Positions 1 to 12,797 of a DNA stretch of 64,000 nt are shown here, one piece after another; position 1 is the first letter of the stretch, and each line of letters opens with the position of its first letter. The position numbers were made by a program, and so were the translations under genes. Source of the stretch: Octopus vulgaris (lineage: Eukaryota); NCBI GenBank assembly GCA_951406725.2, contig OX597815.1:205592001-205656000 (forward strand). Direction: 5' to 3'. The notes beneath the pieces were generated by a model, which saw nothing but the letters and a program-made list of their open reading frames with translations, did not search any database and was not told where the DNA came from.

Positions 1-274
1 CACTCCTCAAAAATTTCGGGCCTTGTGCCTAGAGTAGAAAAGAATTTGGCTTCTGAATCAGAAGAGTTTCAACTACACTGAAATACTGCAAATATTTATT
101 CTCTTAGCTTCAAGATAATTCTTGTTATTGCTTTGCTGTTTGTTATTCCTTTCAAAATCCTTTTGGGACTTGTAAAGTACCAGTCAAGTACTGGGGGTTG
201 ATGGTGTTAACTAACCCCATCTCCTTAATCAGAAACCATTATTTTCTGAAATTGGTTGTAAAACATTACATATA

Positions 275-439
275 GGCTCAGGAGTGGCTGTGTGGTAAGT
301 AGCTTGTTTACCAACTACATGGTTCCGGGTTCAGTCCCACTGCATGGCACCTTGGGTGAGTGTCTTCTACTATAGCCTCGGGCCAACCAAAGCCTTGTGA
401 GTGGATTTGGTAGACGGAAACTGAAAGAAGCCCGTCGTA

Positions 440-481
<42 letters not shown>

Positions 482-702
482 TGTTTGTGTTTGTGTGTCT
501 GTGTTTGTACCCCTAGCATTGCTTGACAACCGATGCTGGTGTGTTTATGTCCCCGTTACTTAGCCATTCGGCAAAAGAGACCGATAGAATAAGTACTGGG
601 CTTACAAAAGAATAAGTCCCAGGGTGAAGTTGCTTGATTTAAAGGCGGTGCTCCAGCATGGCCGCAGTCAAATGACTGAAACAAGTAAAAGAGTTAAGAG
701 TA
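275..702 (+). mobile_element. tRNA-derived SINE, family A (GGCGCAGGAGTGGCTGTGTGGTAAG head, internal (TA)n/(TG)n, CAGCATGGCCGCAG...CTGAAAC tail)
   Basis: Pol III A-box-like TGGCTGTGTGG and B-box-like GGTTCAGTCCC; near-identical copies recur across the window; ends in AAAAGAGT repeats. Confidence 0.85.
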
Positions 703-932
703 TAGTAACTTATGGATTATCTGTTAGAATTGAGGAACTCTGTATGCTGTCCCTCAACCTTTTAGAAATAGTAGCTAAATCTCTCCTAACTTTCCACAGC
801 TTTAAAAATGGAAAGACATTAAATAATGTAGTCTTACTTACCCCTAAAAAGATTGGAGCTGATTAGAGTTGCAATTAATTTGAACATGTCTGCTTTGCTT
901 AGTCAGGTCTCACTTGGGGCTAAGCGGTAACA

Positions 933-1305
933 TGGATGGAAGCACTCCGTCGGTTACGACGACGAGGGTTCCGGTTGATCCGAATCAACGGAACAGCCTG
1001 CTCGTGAAATTAACGTGTAAGTGGCTGAGCACTCCACAGACACGTGTACCCTTAACGTAGTTCTCGGGGATATTCAGCATGACACAGAGAGTGACAAGGC
1101 CGGCCCTTTGAAATACAGGTACAACAGAAACAGGAAGTAAGAGTGAGAGAAAGTTGTGGTGAAAGAGTACAGCAGGGATCATCACCATCCCTGCTGGAGC
1201 CTCGTGGAGCTTTAGGTGTTTTCGCTCAATAAACACACACAACGCCTGGTCTGGGAATCGAAACCGTGAGTCCGCTGCCCTAACCACTGGGCCATTGCGC
1301 CTCCA
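933..1305 (-). mobile_element. tRNA-derived SINE, family C (TGGAGGCGCAATGGCCCAGTGGTTAGG head)
   Basis: tRNA-like head on - strand; 13-bp target-site duplication (TSD) CTAAGCGGTAACA at 920-932 and 1306-1318; full-length sister copy at 54664-55052. Confidence 0.88.
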
Positions 1306-1476
1306 CTAAGCGGTAACAACTAGCAAGTAAAATAGGGAACAGCTGTTGGTTTTTTTTTTCTTTTTTAAATAACAAAATACATTTTATGTTGAACTAATAT
1401 TTTTCTCCTAATTATTTTTGCTTATTTGTTTACTATCATGTTTAATTCTTTTTGTGCGTGTGTTGTTTCTTTCCAG

Positions 1477-2012
1477 AAAAATTTTGGAACTAGGATGTGG
1501 TCTTGGTTTGACAGGCATAGTAATTTGCAAGTATTGCCAACCAACACATTTTTGCTTTACAGACTGTCACCCTCAAGTATTGTATCTCTTGTCTAAGAAT
1601 ATTGAACTCAACATGCTGCAAAACAATCAAAGTGAGACAGACAATACCCAGGAGGACATTCACTTATCACCCATCAACATAAATAATAAAAACGATGAAA
1701 AAATAATGCGGAAGATTCGTCGACAGCTTAGTTTAAGTGCTGATAACAATACTTCGAACGACATGACTGACATCATCGAGATCTGCCTGTCTCCATCTAC
1801 ACCTCCCAGTGAGGAGAGTGAAATCATGCAGAAAGATCCTGTGGAAGATTTTGCAGATTTTGAGCTCTACTCTAAGTCATGGAAGAAGGACTCTGAAAGC
1901 AAAATTGCTACACTTAAAAAAAATGACAAAATTAGTATCGCAAAACTGGACTGGGAGTGTTTTGATGATAGTTTTCTCAAATGGTTTTGTCCAGAAGTTA
2001 TCATTGCTGCAG
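1477..2012 (+). CDS. EEF2KMT: Internal coding exon of a protein-lysine N-methyltransferase, EEF2KMT/FAM86A-like (upstream exons outside window)
   Basis: SAM-binding motif ILELGCGLGLTG, then FTDCHPQVL...NIELN and LDWE...PEVIIAA; acceptor TTTCCAG at 1476, donor CAG|GTATT at 2012/2013. Confidence 0.8.
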
Positions 2013-2447
2013 GTATTATTATCATCATCATCTATGTCATCAATAGTATTGCTGTGTTTCTTAATATTTCATATCATCACTTGATCCAGTATTTCCTCTT
2101 TAGAATCATTATATCACCTTTATGTATAGTTCCTGCTAAATGAATTTCAAACCTTATAAGTCATATTTTTGTACCTTCCAGTAAGTTACTTCAGCCTACA
2201 AGTTAGACAAAATTCCCGTTGCTGTTAACTAATCACAAAACTAGTTTCTCTTTTGAAAGTTTCATTTTTCAAATTGATAACCAAGAACTATTTCAGACTT
2301 TTATTCTGTGAATTATTTCAGTATGTTTGTGTTAACTTGGGAGGTGGGTGTGATTTTTGCTAAAAAAAAATAACTGCCCTTCCTACCACAAAGTTCTGAA
2401 GTGGTGGATTGCTTGTCAAGGCATGTAATGTTATGTACCTTGATTAA

Positions 2448-2651
2448 CCCTTTCGTTACTGTATTTATTTTGAGATGCTCTGTGTTTCTTTCAATTATTT
2501 TAAATATAACAAAGAATTTAGTAAAATAACTTAGTTATCATTCAGCTAGTGATAGGAACATAAATTGTGACTAAGGTTTGGTGGAAGATTTTAATTCAAA
2601 ACTTATGAAAACAAGACATTTGTACTCAGAGCCGGTTTAGTAACAAAAGGG
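2448..2651. mobile_element. piggyBac-type MITE (TTAA|CCCTTTCGTTAC...GTAACAAAAGGG|TTAA)
   Basis: TTAA on both sides and CCC...GGG terminal inverted repeats (TIRs); second copy at 14824-15029. Confidence 0.8.
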
Positions 2652-2810
2652 TTAAGAATAAAACACAACAGCTTTGAACTCTTGAAAATGTTGTTGATAA
2701 TCTTGTACTATAATTGTAGTAGCCTGTAATTGCACTAGATTGAAATACATTTTGTTACAAAAATTGTAAAACTGTGATTGATAATGATGATGAACTTCGT
2801 TATCTTTCAG

Positions 2811-2963
2811 ATGTGGTTTATGATACAACAGTAATTCCATCCTTGGTACTTGTGCTGAAAAAATTACTGTCAATTACTCTTGAGAATGGTGAAAAGCCAG
2901 TGGCTTATGTAGCATCAACTGTGCGTTTAGAAGACACTCGAGATCAGTTCCTGTTTACATTAG
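2811..2963 (+). CDS. EEF2KMT: EEF2KMT/FAM86A-like coding exon (DVVYD...AYVASTVR)
   Basis: Splicing 2012 to 2811 restores the family motif IIAADVVYD in phase; acceptor TCTTTCAG, donor TAG|GTAAAT. Confidence 0.8.
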
Positions 2964-3136
2964 GTAAATGGTCAATATTTTCTTTATTTCTCTCTCTTTT
3001 GTTTGTTTGTTTTTTTGAGTAACCCTATTCCCACAATTTTTATTACTGAGAGTGTAAATTTCCTGCTTCTTTTGATGTCCTGTGAACACCCGAGTGAAAT
3101 AAATGAAAAACAGATATAATCTAATAAATTTTTTTA

Positions 3137-3528
3137 GGCGCAGGAGTGGCTGTGTGGTAAGTAGCTTGCTTACGAACCACTTGGTTCCGGCTTCAGTCCC
3201 ACTGCGTGGCACCTTGGGCAGATGTCTTCTACTATAGTCTCGAGCCAACCAAAGCCTTGTGAGTGGATTTGGCAGATGGAAACTGAAAGAAGCCCATTAT
3301 ATATATGTATATATATGTGTGTGTTTGTGTGTCTGTGTTTGTCCCCCCAACATCGCTTGACAACTGATGCTGGTGTGTTTACATCCCTGTAACTTAGTGG
3401 TTCGGCAAAAGAGACTAATAGAATAAGTACTAGGCTTACAAAGAATAAGTCCTAGGGTCAATTTGCTCGACTAAAGGCGGTGCTCCAGCATGGCCACAGT
3501 CACATGACTGAAACATGTAAAAGAGTAA
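3137..3528 (+). mobile_element. SINE family A copy (intronic)
   Basis: Colinear with 275-702. Confidence 0.85.
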
Positions 3529-3766
3529 ATGTTTTTTTCTTCTGTTGATTTTTGATATTAGTCACATGTCTTTGGATCCATTACCAGTGTAAGCTGTTGT
3601 GTGCCTGCACTTGTCTTTCTATTACAGAACATTCAAAGTTTTATTAATGGATGATTTAGTAAATTCCTGAAGTTGAAGTTATTTGAATTGATAAATTATT
3701 GCAAACTTTCTATAGTATATCTGAGAGCCTGTGTTTTATTTATGCATTTATATTTTCATTTTATAG

Positions 3767-3870
3767 GTGTTCAAGATCTTCATTTTGAATCCTTGATGGC
3801 ACCTAATGATGATATTTTCCATTATGACCGTGCTGTGCCAATTGAGTTGTTGAAGATAACTGCTATGTAA
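3767..3870 (+). CDS. EEF2KMT: Probable last coding exon of the EEF2KMT/FAM86A-like gene (GVQDLHFES...IELLKITAM*)
   Basis: Acceptor TTTTATAG at 3766; phase matches the previous donor; stop TAA at 3868-3870. Confidence 0.7.
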
Positions 3871-4677
3871 AGACGAGGAATGATACAAGCAGACTGCTGG
3901 CAACCAGATCATACTTTTTATCTCTGATCAATACGATCAAATATTTGTTGTTCAGTATTCATGTTGATATACAAGTTGTAGTAATCATTACTATATTTTT
4001 GTTTATTATTATTATTATTATTATTATTATATTTTTGTTTAATATATTATTAAGCTTGGTCGGCCGTCTTCTATTTTCAGATCCATTTACAAATTTTCTT
4101 TATAATCTGGACTTACAATCTCATACAGCATTGTTTTAGTGAATATTCTTTGATATCATTCTGTTTCAAAATACTTCTAGACATGACCTGCAATTATAAA
4201 AATATTTAGTAATCTTATGTAACCATTGAAGCATGATAATTAGGCTTAAAACCATCGGTTTATAAGATTACTTTTGCAGTAAGTGAACTACGTTTTTATG
4301 CTTACTTTAAAAAAAATTTTTCTATGAAAAGTTGTTTTTTTTTTTTTAAATTAAAAATTTTAAATGCAAAAAATTTTTATTTTAAAATACAAATATCTTT
4401 TCTTATTTGAAGAGAAGATGTGTCGTCAACTTAATAAGTTTCATTCCAAATTTCTGTTGAATTTATAGTTATATGATGTTATTAAAACTATAGTATTTTG
4501 TCTTCATTGAGAAGCCCATACTTCTACTTAACTGGCCTCCAGGCTACACACTAGGATCCAGTTGACTGACTCTTTTTATGGTAGCCCCATAAAATGTGCC
4601 TCTTTATTTTTAACAGAATGTTTATAAGAGAGCTTAAATAGTGCAGACTGAACATGAGTATGTATAATTATGTATAC

Positions 4678-4709
<32 letters not shown>

Positions 4710-7700
4710 TTAAGTAGGTGAATGAATTATCCTAGTATGGATAATTTGGTTAACCGATACCTGGGTACCTTCCTTATTGGACACACCTTCCAAAGAGAGT
4801 TTTGGAAGTTAAGGGTTGTAAGTCAGTTTGTCCCATGCATAGGCTTTGTTGTACTTATGGAAACCCAAATGGTTTCATAATTCCTTAAGAATGAAAAAGA
4901 TATTCCAGTCTGTATTAAAATTTTGTACAAACCATTCTATCAGGATTGTAGCTGCCTTTTTATAGTGCAACTTTTTGTCCCAAAGTATTTCGTGTAAACA
5001 CTAGGCAAAAGCTTCATACCAAAGTTCCATAGCAATAATTATGTCATCTCTGCAGGAAGTTTTGTAGTGTGTCAATGTTTTCAGTCAGTAACTCTTTTTT
5101 TTTTTTTTTTTTGGAATTATGTAATTGTATATTTCAACCACTATATTCAATATCTATTTAACCAGAACATAAATATACAATATTTTGTGAAATTATATAT
5201 CTAGTGTTTGGGAAAGCACCTTGATCTGCTTAAAACCAAACATGAAAATAAAAGCTTACTGCTGCTTACATTGACCAATACAACAATAGTTACCAATGTT
5301 CTACTGGTAGTTTCTTTTCAGGCTATTGATTTCGTTTGACTAGACACCAGGTAAAATTTTGTAAGGAAGAGGATCTGCTCATTCAACTTTCATTTGGCCA
5401 TAAAGTTATTGATACCAATGATGATGATGATGATGTACATTTTAAACTCAAAACCAAGAGGGAAGGATATGAGTAGTGTATTTGTGGGACAGTCCTGGTT
5501 GAATATAGTAATCTCTACAATTGGAAGCATGTCTAGTCATATGACAGAATTCCCAGTTGGGGAATTTGTTGGTGCTTGTGATGCATGGAACAGTGTTGAC
5601 TGTTTCATGATTAGTTCATGTCTTGTTGAAAGCAAAAAGTTTCGTTATCTTTTGGTAATTAAAAGGATTTTTTTATAAACTTTCATTTTTATATTCTTAT
5701 ATGATTTTCAAAAAATGTTAAACACTATTATATAAGGATGTACATTAGTATCTTTGACTAATAGTGTCACTGAGAAAAATTGATTCATTTGAATATCCAA
5801 GAAGACGAGATCAATTTAACAAGCAGTGAAATTTTTCAATTGTAAAACGTTGGAAAATCATTTCTCATAGCTTGTAACAACTTTCCAGCAGAAAATCAGA
5901 CATGATTATGTTGTAGCATTGGCAGTTAAACAGCATACCTATAGTTAAAAAAAAAGTTTTCAGGTGGTCTAAGTCAAACATGGGCAACCTATTTTTGAGA
6001 AGTGGGCCCCATAACACAATTGGGCTGCACTACTAAAAAAAATTCAAGGTAAATTTCCATTGCGTACCATTCAGAAAGTTCAGTTTGCCCATGATTGGTA
6101 AAAATGATGTGATTCAGGATTCTTTCAAATAACCTTTTATTGACAGCTTCGACAAAGCCCTTATTGTGTGTTAAAGACTTTTTAAAGTTTTTATTTGTGT
6201 GAGAGTTAATGTCCCAAAGTTGAATGAATCTAAAAGATTTCACGGTTGTTTTTTTTTTTATATATATATTTTAAAATTAAGTATTCTACTCCCCATTAAT
6301 ACTTGACCTAAAATGCAAGTTTTCTTTGCCAGAAATATTTCATATTTATGTTATGAATTTTTTTGTTTTATATAATATACAGATAAAGGGTGAATTAAAA
6401 GTCACACCTCATCACAGCATTCACCTACCTTTCCACTGCATTCATTAACACTCCCATCCAGTTTGACAGCCAAGGATAAGGGATTATAGAATAGCTGGTC
6501 TACTGCCTTGCTCTTCATATTGTCTGCTGCTTGGACAACTCTGGTCTGAAAAATTAAACTGGATTACTGTTGTATTGGACCATTTTTAAGATGAATGTGC
6601 ATTCATCTTTTAATAATGACATTTTACTGAAATATATATGTATATATATCAAGATAGTCACAAGGACTAAGGTAGTGTTGAAAAGAAATATTGTAAAAAA
6701 AAATAATTTTATATATAATTTAAATGTTAGAGACTTCTAAATCTATATATAATGATATATTTATATTCCTGTTATTGAAGTTGATATCAAATAAAACTAG
6801 GCTAAATAATATTAAATCATCTACCACAGGTGGTCTAAGCTTACTAGATTTATTTAATTATAACAGAAGTTTCTTCATTTCTATCTTTGAGACAAATTGA
6901 AAATGTTTTCGTTAATGGAAATTTTAGAAACATCAAAAATGTTATGGCATTACAAAAAGGAAAATGCTTGTTAAAGTTTAATTTTATTTAACTATAATAT
7001 ATGCATCCATATCTAGCTGGACAAATATAGCCTTTAAAAAATATCAATACTTTTGAAAATAAAATATATGAAATATTAATTTTATATTCTCAACATAATT
7101 ATAAGAACTGATAAGACAAATCTGAAGTTGAACCACAAAAAGAAATTGAGAGAAATAAAACCCAAATACTGCTGGTGATTACATTCTTGTGAATGTATGA
7201 GTCTGGTGTGCTTGATAAAATAACTTACAAGAAAATCTGGCTGACGTTGATTTTGGCTAATTACCAACTGGATTGCTAAGTTGGATGTTATTTGCAAGTT
7301 TGTGCGTGTATGTACTGCTGGAAGATTAGTGCCTATCTGTGAGTTTGGAGTCATATATTTATTTTGTTTCGATGTACTCCTGAAGTTGAGAGTAATAATT
7401 TATTTGTTGAATCTTTGATGTTGTTTGTTGCATTTCCATATATAAAAATAATATTTGCTGCTATGTAAAGCAGAAAACAAATCGATGGTCTTATGATGTG
7501 AGCAAGAAATTGCAGATTTTGTTACCATGTACTCTTTCTAGGCTGCATGCAACAAAACAACTCATGGACTTGAAACTAATATCTTAAGTCAATGTAAAAA
7601 AAAAAAAAAAAAATCAGTGTTATACACTAACAGAGTAAATTCATTTTTTTTTTTCTTTTTGGGACTTTTCCATTTATCTTTATTTCGTTTTTATACAATT

Positions 7701-9167
7701 TTTAGATCCAAAACTATTTCTAAAGTATTTCTCTATATACTTCTAATGAAATTTATACTGGAAAAAAATTTTTTGCATGAACCTTTTAAAAATGGCTGTC
7801 ATGACTAAAAAGTAAAAAACCTAATGGTAAGATACTCCTAATTACAATCTCTAGTTGATTAACATTTCTTCTGCAATCACTAAGTGTTTGGGGACTATAA
7901 TACAGTTATATATTGTAATTACAACTATATAGTAGCATGAATTGTAAAACATCTTAACTGTTTAGTATTGTTACTCAGTCTCTAGTCTTTTGGGTATATT
8001 TTAAATATTAGATGAAGTGCATATCAGAACATTGTATGATCAAAAGCAATAAAGATAGATGTTAAAGTCCACACACAAACAAAACAACAATAAAAAAATG
8101 TTATTTGTTATGCAAACATAATTTATTATTTTCTTATTCACTGATTATATAATCTCAGAAATTAAATCTAAAATCTTGGAGTTTTCCATTAAATGACTAG
8201 AGTTCATCTGCTATTTTAATAAAAACTTCATTATATTTCAGATCATTACTATTCATTTTGTAATAAAAAAAAAATAAAGAAAATGTTTTGAATTCTATTT
8301 CTATCTTTTGTTACCTTTTAATTTTAGTGGCTTAGACAATCCTGATGTATCAATCATTGCAAATAAATTTCTGTATTCTCTTAGTTGTTCTATAGAAGCA
8401 GCTTCAACTGTTTTGGCATCAGTGTTTATGACTTTTTTCTCATAATCTTGAATATTTGTTTCCTTTTTTTTTTTTTTTTTTTTGCATTTCTTACAAATGC
8501 TCACTGCTATATGATATTAAATCCAGGTTGTTTTTTTTGTACCCTACAAACATCATTTTAATATTTTAATAGCCACAAATGTGGCTATTAAAATAATGAT
8601 GTTTGCATGGGTTGAATAAAAATTGTGGAGGCAAATTTTCTATGACTGAATGTCCTTCCTGTTGCTGAAAGTAATCTTTCCCTTTGGCTGGACATGTTCC
8701 CACAGAAGTTTGGAAATGAAAGATACCACTTGTATGATGCTTGTGTTACGCAATAAGATAGCAACTTGCACAGACATGGGCTTCTTTCAGTTTCCATCTA
8801 CAAATCTACTCTTAAGTCTATGGTTTGCCCAGGGTTATAATAGAAGTCCTGGTATCACACAGTGAGACAACTGGAAAGCAAGCTTAACAGCACAACCATG
8901 CCTGTCCCTATATTTGTAATACAATTACTTCAAAAATAGTAACTTTAATATAAGCACCTATATACAAGTATTCATTTTCCCCCATTAGAATCTAACGTTT
9001 TCTCATGGTAATATGCTTAAGGTTTACAGACTCCCATATCTCTGTTCGTCCAACTGAAGAGGTTATCAAAGCCTAGCATATGTAATGATTCTTTAAACAT
9101 TGTCTTCTGATTTTGGTCCTTATTTATCTTCACTTTCTTCCACAAGGGTTAGTGACTTACTAACCCC

Positions 9168-9508
9168 CATGGTTCCGGGTTCAGTCCCACTGCGTTGCAT
9201 CTTGGGCAAGTGTCTTCTGCTATAGCCCTGGGCCCACCAATGCCTTGTGAGTGGATTTGGTAGACGGAAACTGAAAGAAGCCCGTCGTATGTATATATAT
9301 ATATATGTGTGTGTCTGTCCCCCTAGCATTGCTTGACAACTGATGCGGGTGTGTTTACGTCCCCGTCACTTAGCGGTTCGGCAAAAGAGACCGATAGAAT
9401 AAGTACTGGGCTTACAAAGAATAAGTCCCGGGGTTGAGTTGCTCGACTAAAGGCGGTGCTCCAGTATGGCCGCAGTCAAATGACTGAAACAAGTAAAAGA
9501 GTAAAGAG
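9168..9508 (+). mobile_element. SINE family A copy, 5'-truncated
   Basis: Matches family A from CATGGTTCCGGGTTC onward. Confidence 0.85.
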
Positions 9509-9753
9509 TTACCATTACCTTTTACAAAGGGTCAGCTATATATATATATATTTATGTCTCCCTACAGATTATGGTGCTTAGGTGTCCCATGCCTCACTTT
9601 CTATGGGTGGCAAGTCTCACTAATGTAATTACATAGATGACACCTTTATACTCTGGACTTGTCAAGAAGATGCACAAGTATTCAGTAAGACTTTAAATAC
9701 GGTCCCCAACTGAAAAGGCAATTGGCTTTCTTGAAAGTGCTAATTTCTTACAG

Positions 9754-10071
9754 TGAAGGCGTGTGGCTTAGTGGTTAGGGCATTCGACTGACGATTGTAA
9801 GGTCGTGAGTTTGATTCCTGGCGATGTGTTGTGTCCTTGAGCAAGACACTTTATTTCACATTGCTCCAGTCCACTTGGCTGGCAAAAATGAGTTGTACCT
9901 GTATTTCAACGGGCCGGCCTTGTCACGCTGAATCTCCCTGAGAACTACGTTAGGGGTACGTGTGTCTGTGGATTGCTCAGTCACTTGCACGTTAATTCCA
10001 CGAGCAAGCTGTTCCGTTGATCGTATCAACTGGGACCCTCGTTATTGTAACCGACAGAGTGCTCCTATATA
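9754..10071 (+). mobile_element. tRNA-derived SINE with CORE-like centre and family-C tail
   Basis: tRNA-like head, GTGTCCTTGAGCAAGACACTT segment, 3' half shared with family C; 13-bp TSD TAATTTCTTACAG (9741-9753, 10072-10084). Confidence 0.8.
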
Positions 10072-10199
10072 TAATTTCTTACAGAGTGCTTACATTTTTA
10101 TATCGCAAAACTACATTCACTGGAACTGAGCCCTCTGTGTACCTACTGCCCTGTACAAGTCTGAGTCCAGAACCCTTTATTGGCACCAAATCAAACAAC

Positions 10200-10420
10200 T
10201 CCGATTCCATTTCAGATTGCTTCAGATCATCACAGGAGAAGGTACCTCATACCAACATCCCCCTGGCGGCTGGGAACAACAGCATTGAGGCCTGCATCCT
10301 TCACTACCATCTCTGCTGGGTCGCCCATATGATTCAAATACCAGACTACTGGTTCCCATAGATGATGATCCTCTTCAGTGAGCTCAAGGCTAGAGTCGGG
10401 CCTCATGCACACCCAAAACT
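10200..10420 (+). mobile_element. Decayed RTE-type LINE C-terminal fragment
   Basis: Translation SIEACILHYHLCWVAHMIQIPDYWFP resembles the RTE/BovB SIE...LRW.GH..RM....P motif. Confidence 0.45.
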
Positions 10421-10435
10421 TTTATTTTCATGATC

Positions 10436-10815
10436 GTGTGGTAAGTAGCTTGCTTACCAACCACATGGTTCCGGGTCCAGTCCCACTGCGTGGCACCTTG
10501 GGCAAGTGTCTTCTGCTATAGCCCCGGGCCGACCAATGCCTTGTGAGTGGATTTGGTAGACGGAAACTGAAAGATGCCTGTCGCATATATGTATATATAT
10601 ATGTATGTGTGTGTCTGTGTTTGTCCCCCTAGCATTGCTTGACAACCGATGCTGGTGTGTTTACGTCCCCGTCACTTAGCGGTTCGGCAAAAAGAGACTG
10701 ATAGAATAAGTACTGGGCTTACAAAGAATAAGTCCCGGGGTCGAGTTGCTCGACTAAAGGCAGTGCTCCAGCATGGCCGCAGTCAAATGACTGAAACAAG
10801 TAAAAGAGTAAAGAG
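10436..10815 (+). mobile_element. SINE family A copy
   Basis: Colinear with other family A copies. Confidence 0.85.
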
Positions 10816-11443
10816 ATCTAAAGCAATGTCTCATTTTTATGTTGTCTCCCTCCCAATCAGTTGGCGGCCCTGGCTGTTGTTTGGGAGGCATGTGCTGAAT
10901 CAGTGCTTTGAAACCAAATGCAGGAGACTGCCAACCCCCTGTGGCCGTTGTTCGGGTCACTTGCCCTGCCCTTAGTGTCACGTAATCTGTTTATCTTATG
11001 GCTCTCTTGTCAGCACGTTTCCCATAGGATACAATGTACTGGAGGATGATGAATGTCCTGGATAGACACTGTCATCACTTTTGATCGGTCATCATAAGCA
11101 GACAAGTAAGTAGATTTCACTGGGCCATATTTAATTCCTGCACCTGTACACCTGTTGTAGGCCATAGACAATTGTCTATGGCCTACAACATTGACTGTAA
11201 GTAGTAACCCAAACACACACCAGTAAAAGATGATAAGGATTAGCTTCCAACAGCAAAGATGTAAGTCAAAAAGCAGCAACAACCTGTCTGCCTTACATAA
11301 GAAGCATGTTTGCAAGACTTCGAATCTGCAATGTGTGCAACATGATGACAATATTTAAAAGCAGATCTACACTTCAGAGACTTTTCTCTCAAACAAATTT
11401 TTGACCAAGAATTCTGTATATCCCATCTCTTGTAGCTGTCTCA

Positions 11444-11827
11444 TCTTTATATATAAAAGTGAAGTTGTGTGTCTGTCTCCTACGATTTAGATTCCTAACT
11501 ACTCCCACATTTTGCGGTGCAGTGTAACCAAAAGCGGGTATCTTATAGTCGTGATTCATATCAAGCCCTTCTGGGTATTAGCATGAGTCTACGATTTAAA
11601 AAAAAATTTACCATAATTTTTTCCCATTTTTAATGCATTTTTTGCTATTATATAAGGGAAGTAACTCTCTAAAAATTTATCATTAAATCTCAGAACGTAA
11701 AAAGCTACAGTACCCCCCCCTCTTTGTGGTTAGCGATATTGAGATGGCTATTATACTTTACATCTCTAAAAATGCTTATATAGTTATTTCCCTTACAAAC
11801 CCAAGCAACGTCGGGCGATACTGCTAG
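11444..11827 (+). mobile_element. Non-autonomous Helitron, family H1
   Basis: 5' TC start (A|TCTTTATATATAAAAG), 3' hairpin CCCAAGCAACGTCGGG then CTAG|T; no TSD; copies at 48808-49195 and 52236-52630. Confidence 0.85.
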
Positions 11828-12179
11828 TTGAATATAAAAGTAAGACAAGAGAAACACTGTAAAGTCATAACTAATGATAAGATAGAAGATAGAAAAGTTC
11901 AGCATCACACTGGATGCTTTATAGTCAACATTCTATTGTCTGCTATTTTGCTTTCTTTACTGAATAGTTTTATTTTGTGGGAAAATATTTTCACTTTTTG
12001 GTTAGGAAAACAATTACCTTCAATAACGTAAACACTTTTATTTTCAAATTTGACCTGGAAATGAAGAAATACCCAGACTTCCACAAACTTAAATTTTAAG
12101 TAATTCTTTAAAGGGCTTTGTACCAATGGTTCAAGCCTTGCGTCGCATTGTAAAAAGGGTTATTATTATCATTAAAGTG

Positions 12180-12797
12180 ATGAACTGGCAAAACTGTCAG
12201 CTGACTGGGCAAAATGTTTAGCAGCTTTTCTTCTTGCTAATCATTCGACCAAAGCTGACTCTGCCCTTCATTTTTGCAGGGTCAACGTAATCAACTAATC
12301 TACTTACCCCAAATTTCAGGTCTTGTGCCTTTAGTAGAAAGGGTCGTCGTCGTCCTCATTGTCATCGTCATCATCAAGAAGGCAACAAAGTGGCAGAATG
12401 GTTAACACACTGGACAAAATACTTAGTGGTATTTCGCCAGTCTTTACATTCTGAGTTCAAATTCTACCAAGGTCGAATTTGCCTTTCATCCTTTTCGGGG
12501 TCAATAAATTAAGTACCAGTGAAACACTGGGGTAGATGTAATCAACTAGTCCCCACCCCAAAAATTTCAGGTCTTGTGCCTATTGTAGAAAGGATCATCA
12601 TCATCATCAAGGCAGTGTGCTGGCAGAATAGTGTTTTGCCTGTCACTGTGTTCTGAGTTCAAATTCTGCTGAGGTTGACTTTGCCTTTTATCCTTTTGGG
12701 GGTCAATAAATTAAACACCAGTGAAACACTGGGGTTGATGTAATTGACTCATCCCCTCCCACAAAAGTGCTGCCCTTGGGACAAAATTTGAGACCAT
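12180..12797 (+). mobile_element. Three tandem degenerate SINE family B copies (GCCTTTCATCCTTTCGGGGTCGATAAATTAAGTACCAG core)
   Basis: GGCAGAA head, GAGTTCAAATTC B-box and the conserved core recur three times. Confidence 0.7.

Noticed and set aside
275-350. tRNA-like heads as tRNA genes
   Set aside because: They continue into SINE bodies with TSDs and lack a complete cloverleaf.
308-1287. Short ORFs such as MSSNARGTNT..., LKAVLQHGRSQMTETSKRVK and YSRRHLPK recurring through the window
   Set aside because: They are translations of SINE sequence.
8301-8504. 67-aa - strand ORF with a plausible composition
   Set aside because: Depends on a poly-T tract, has no splice acceptor and no recognisable motif.
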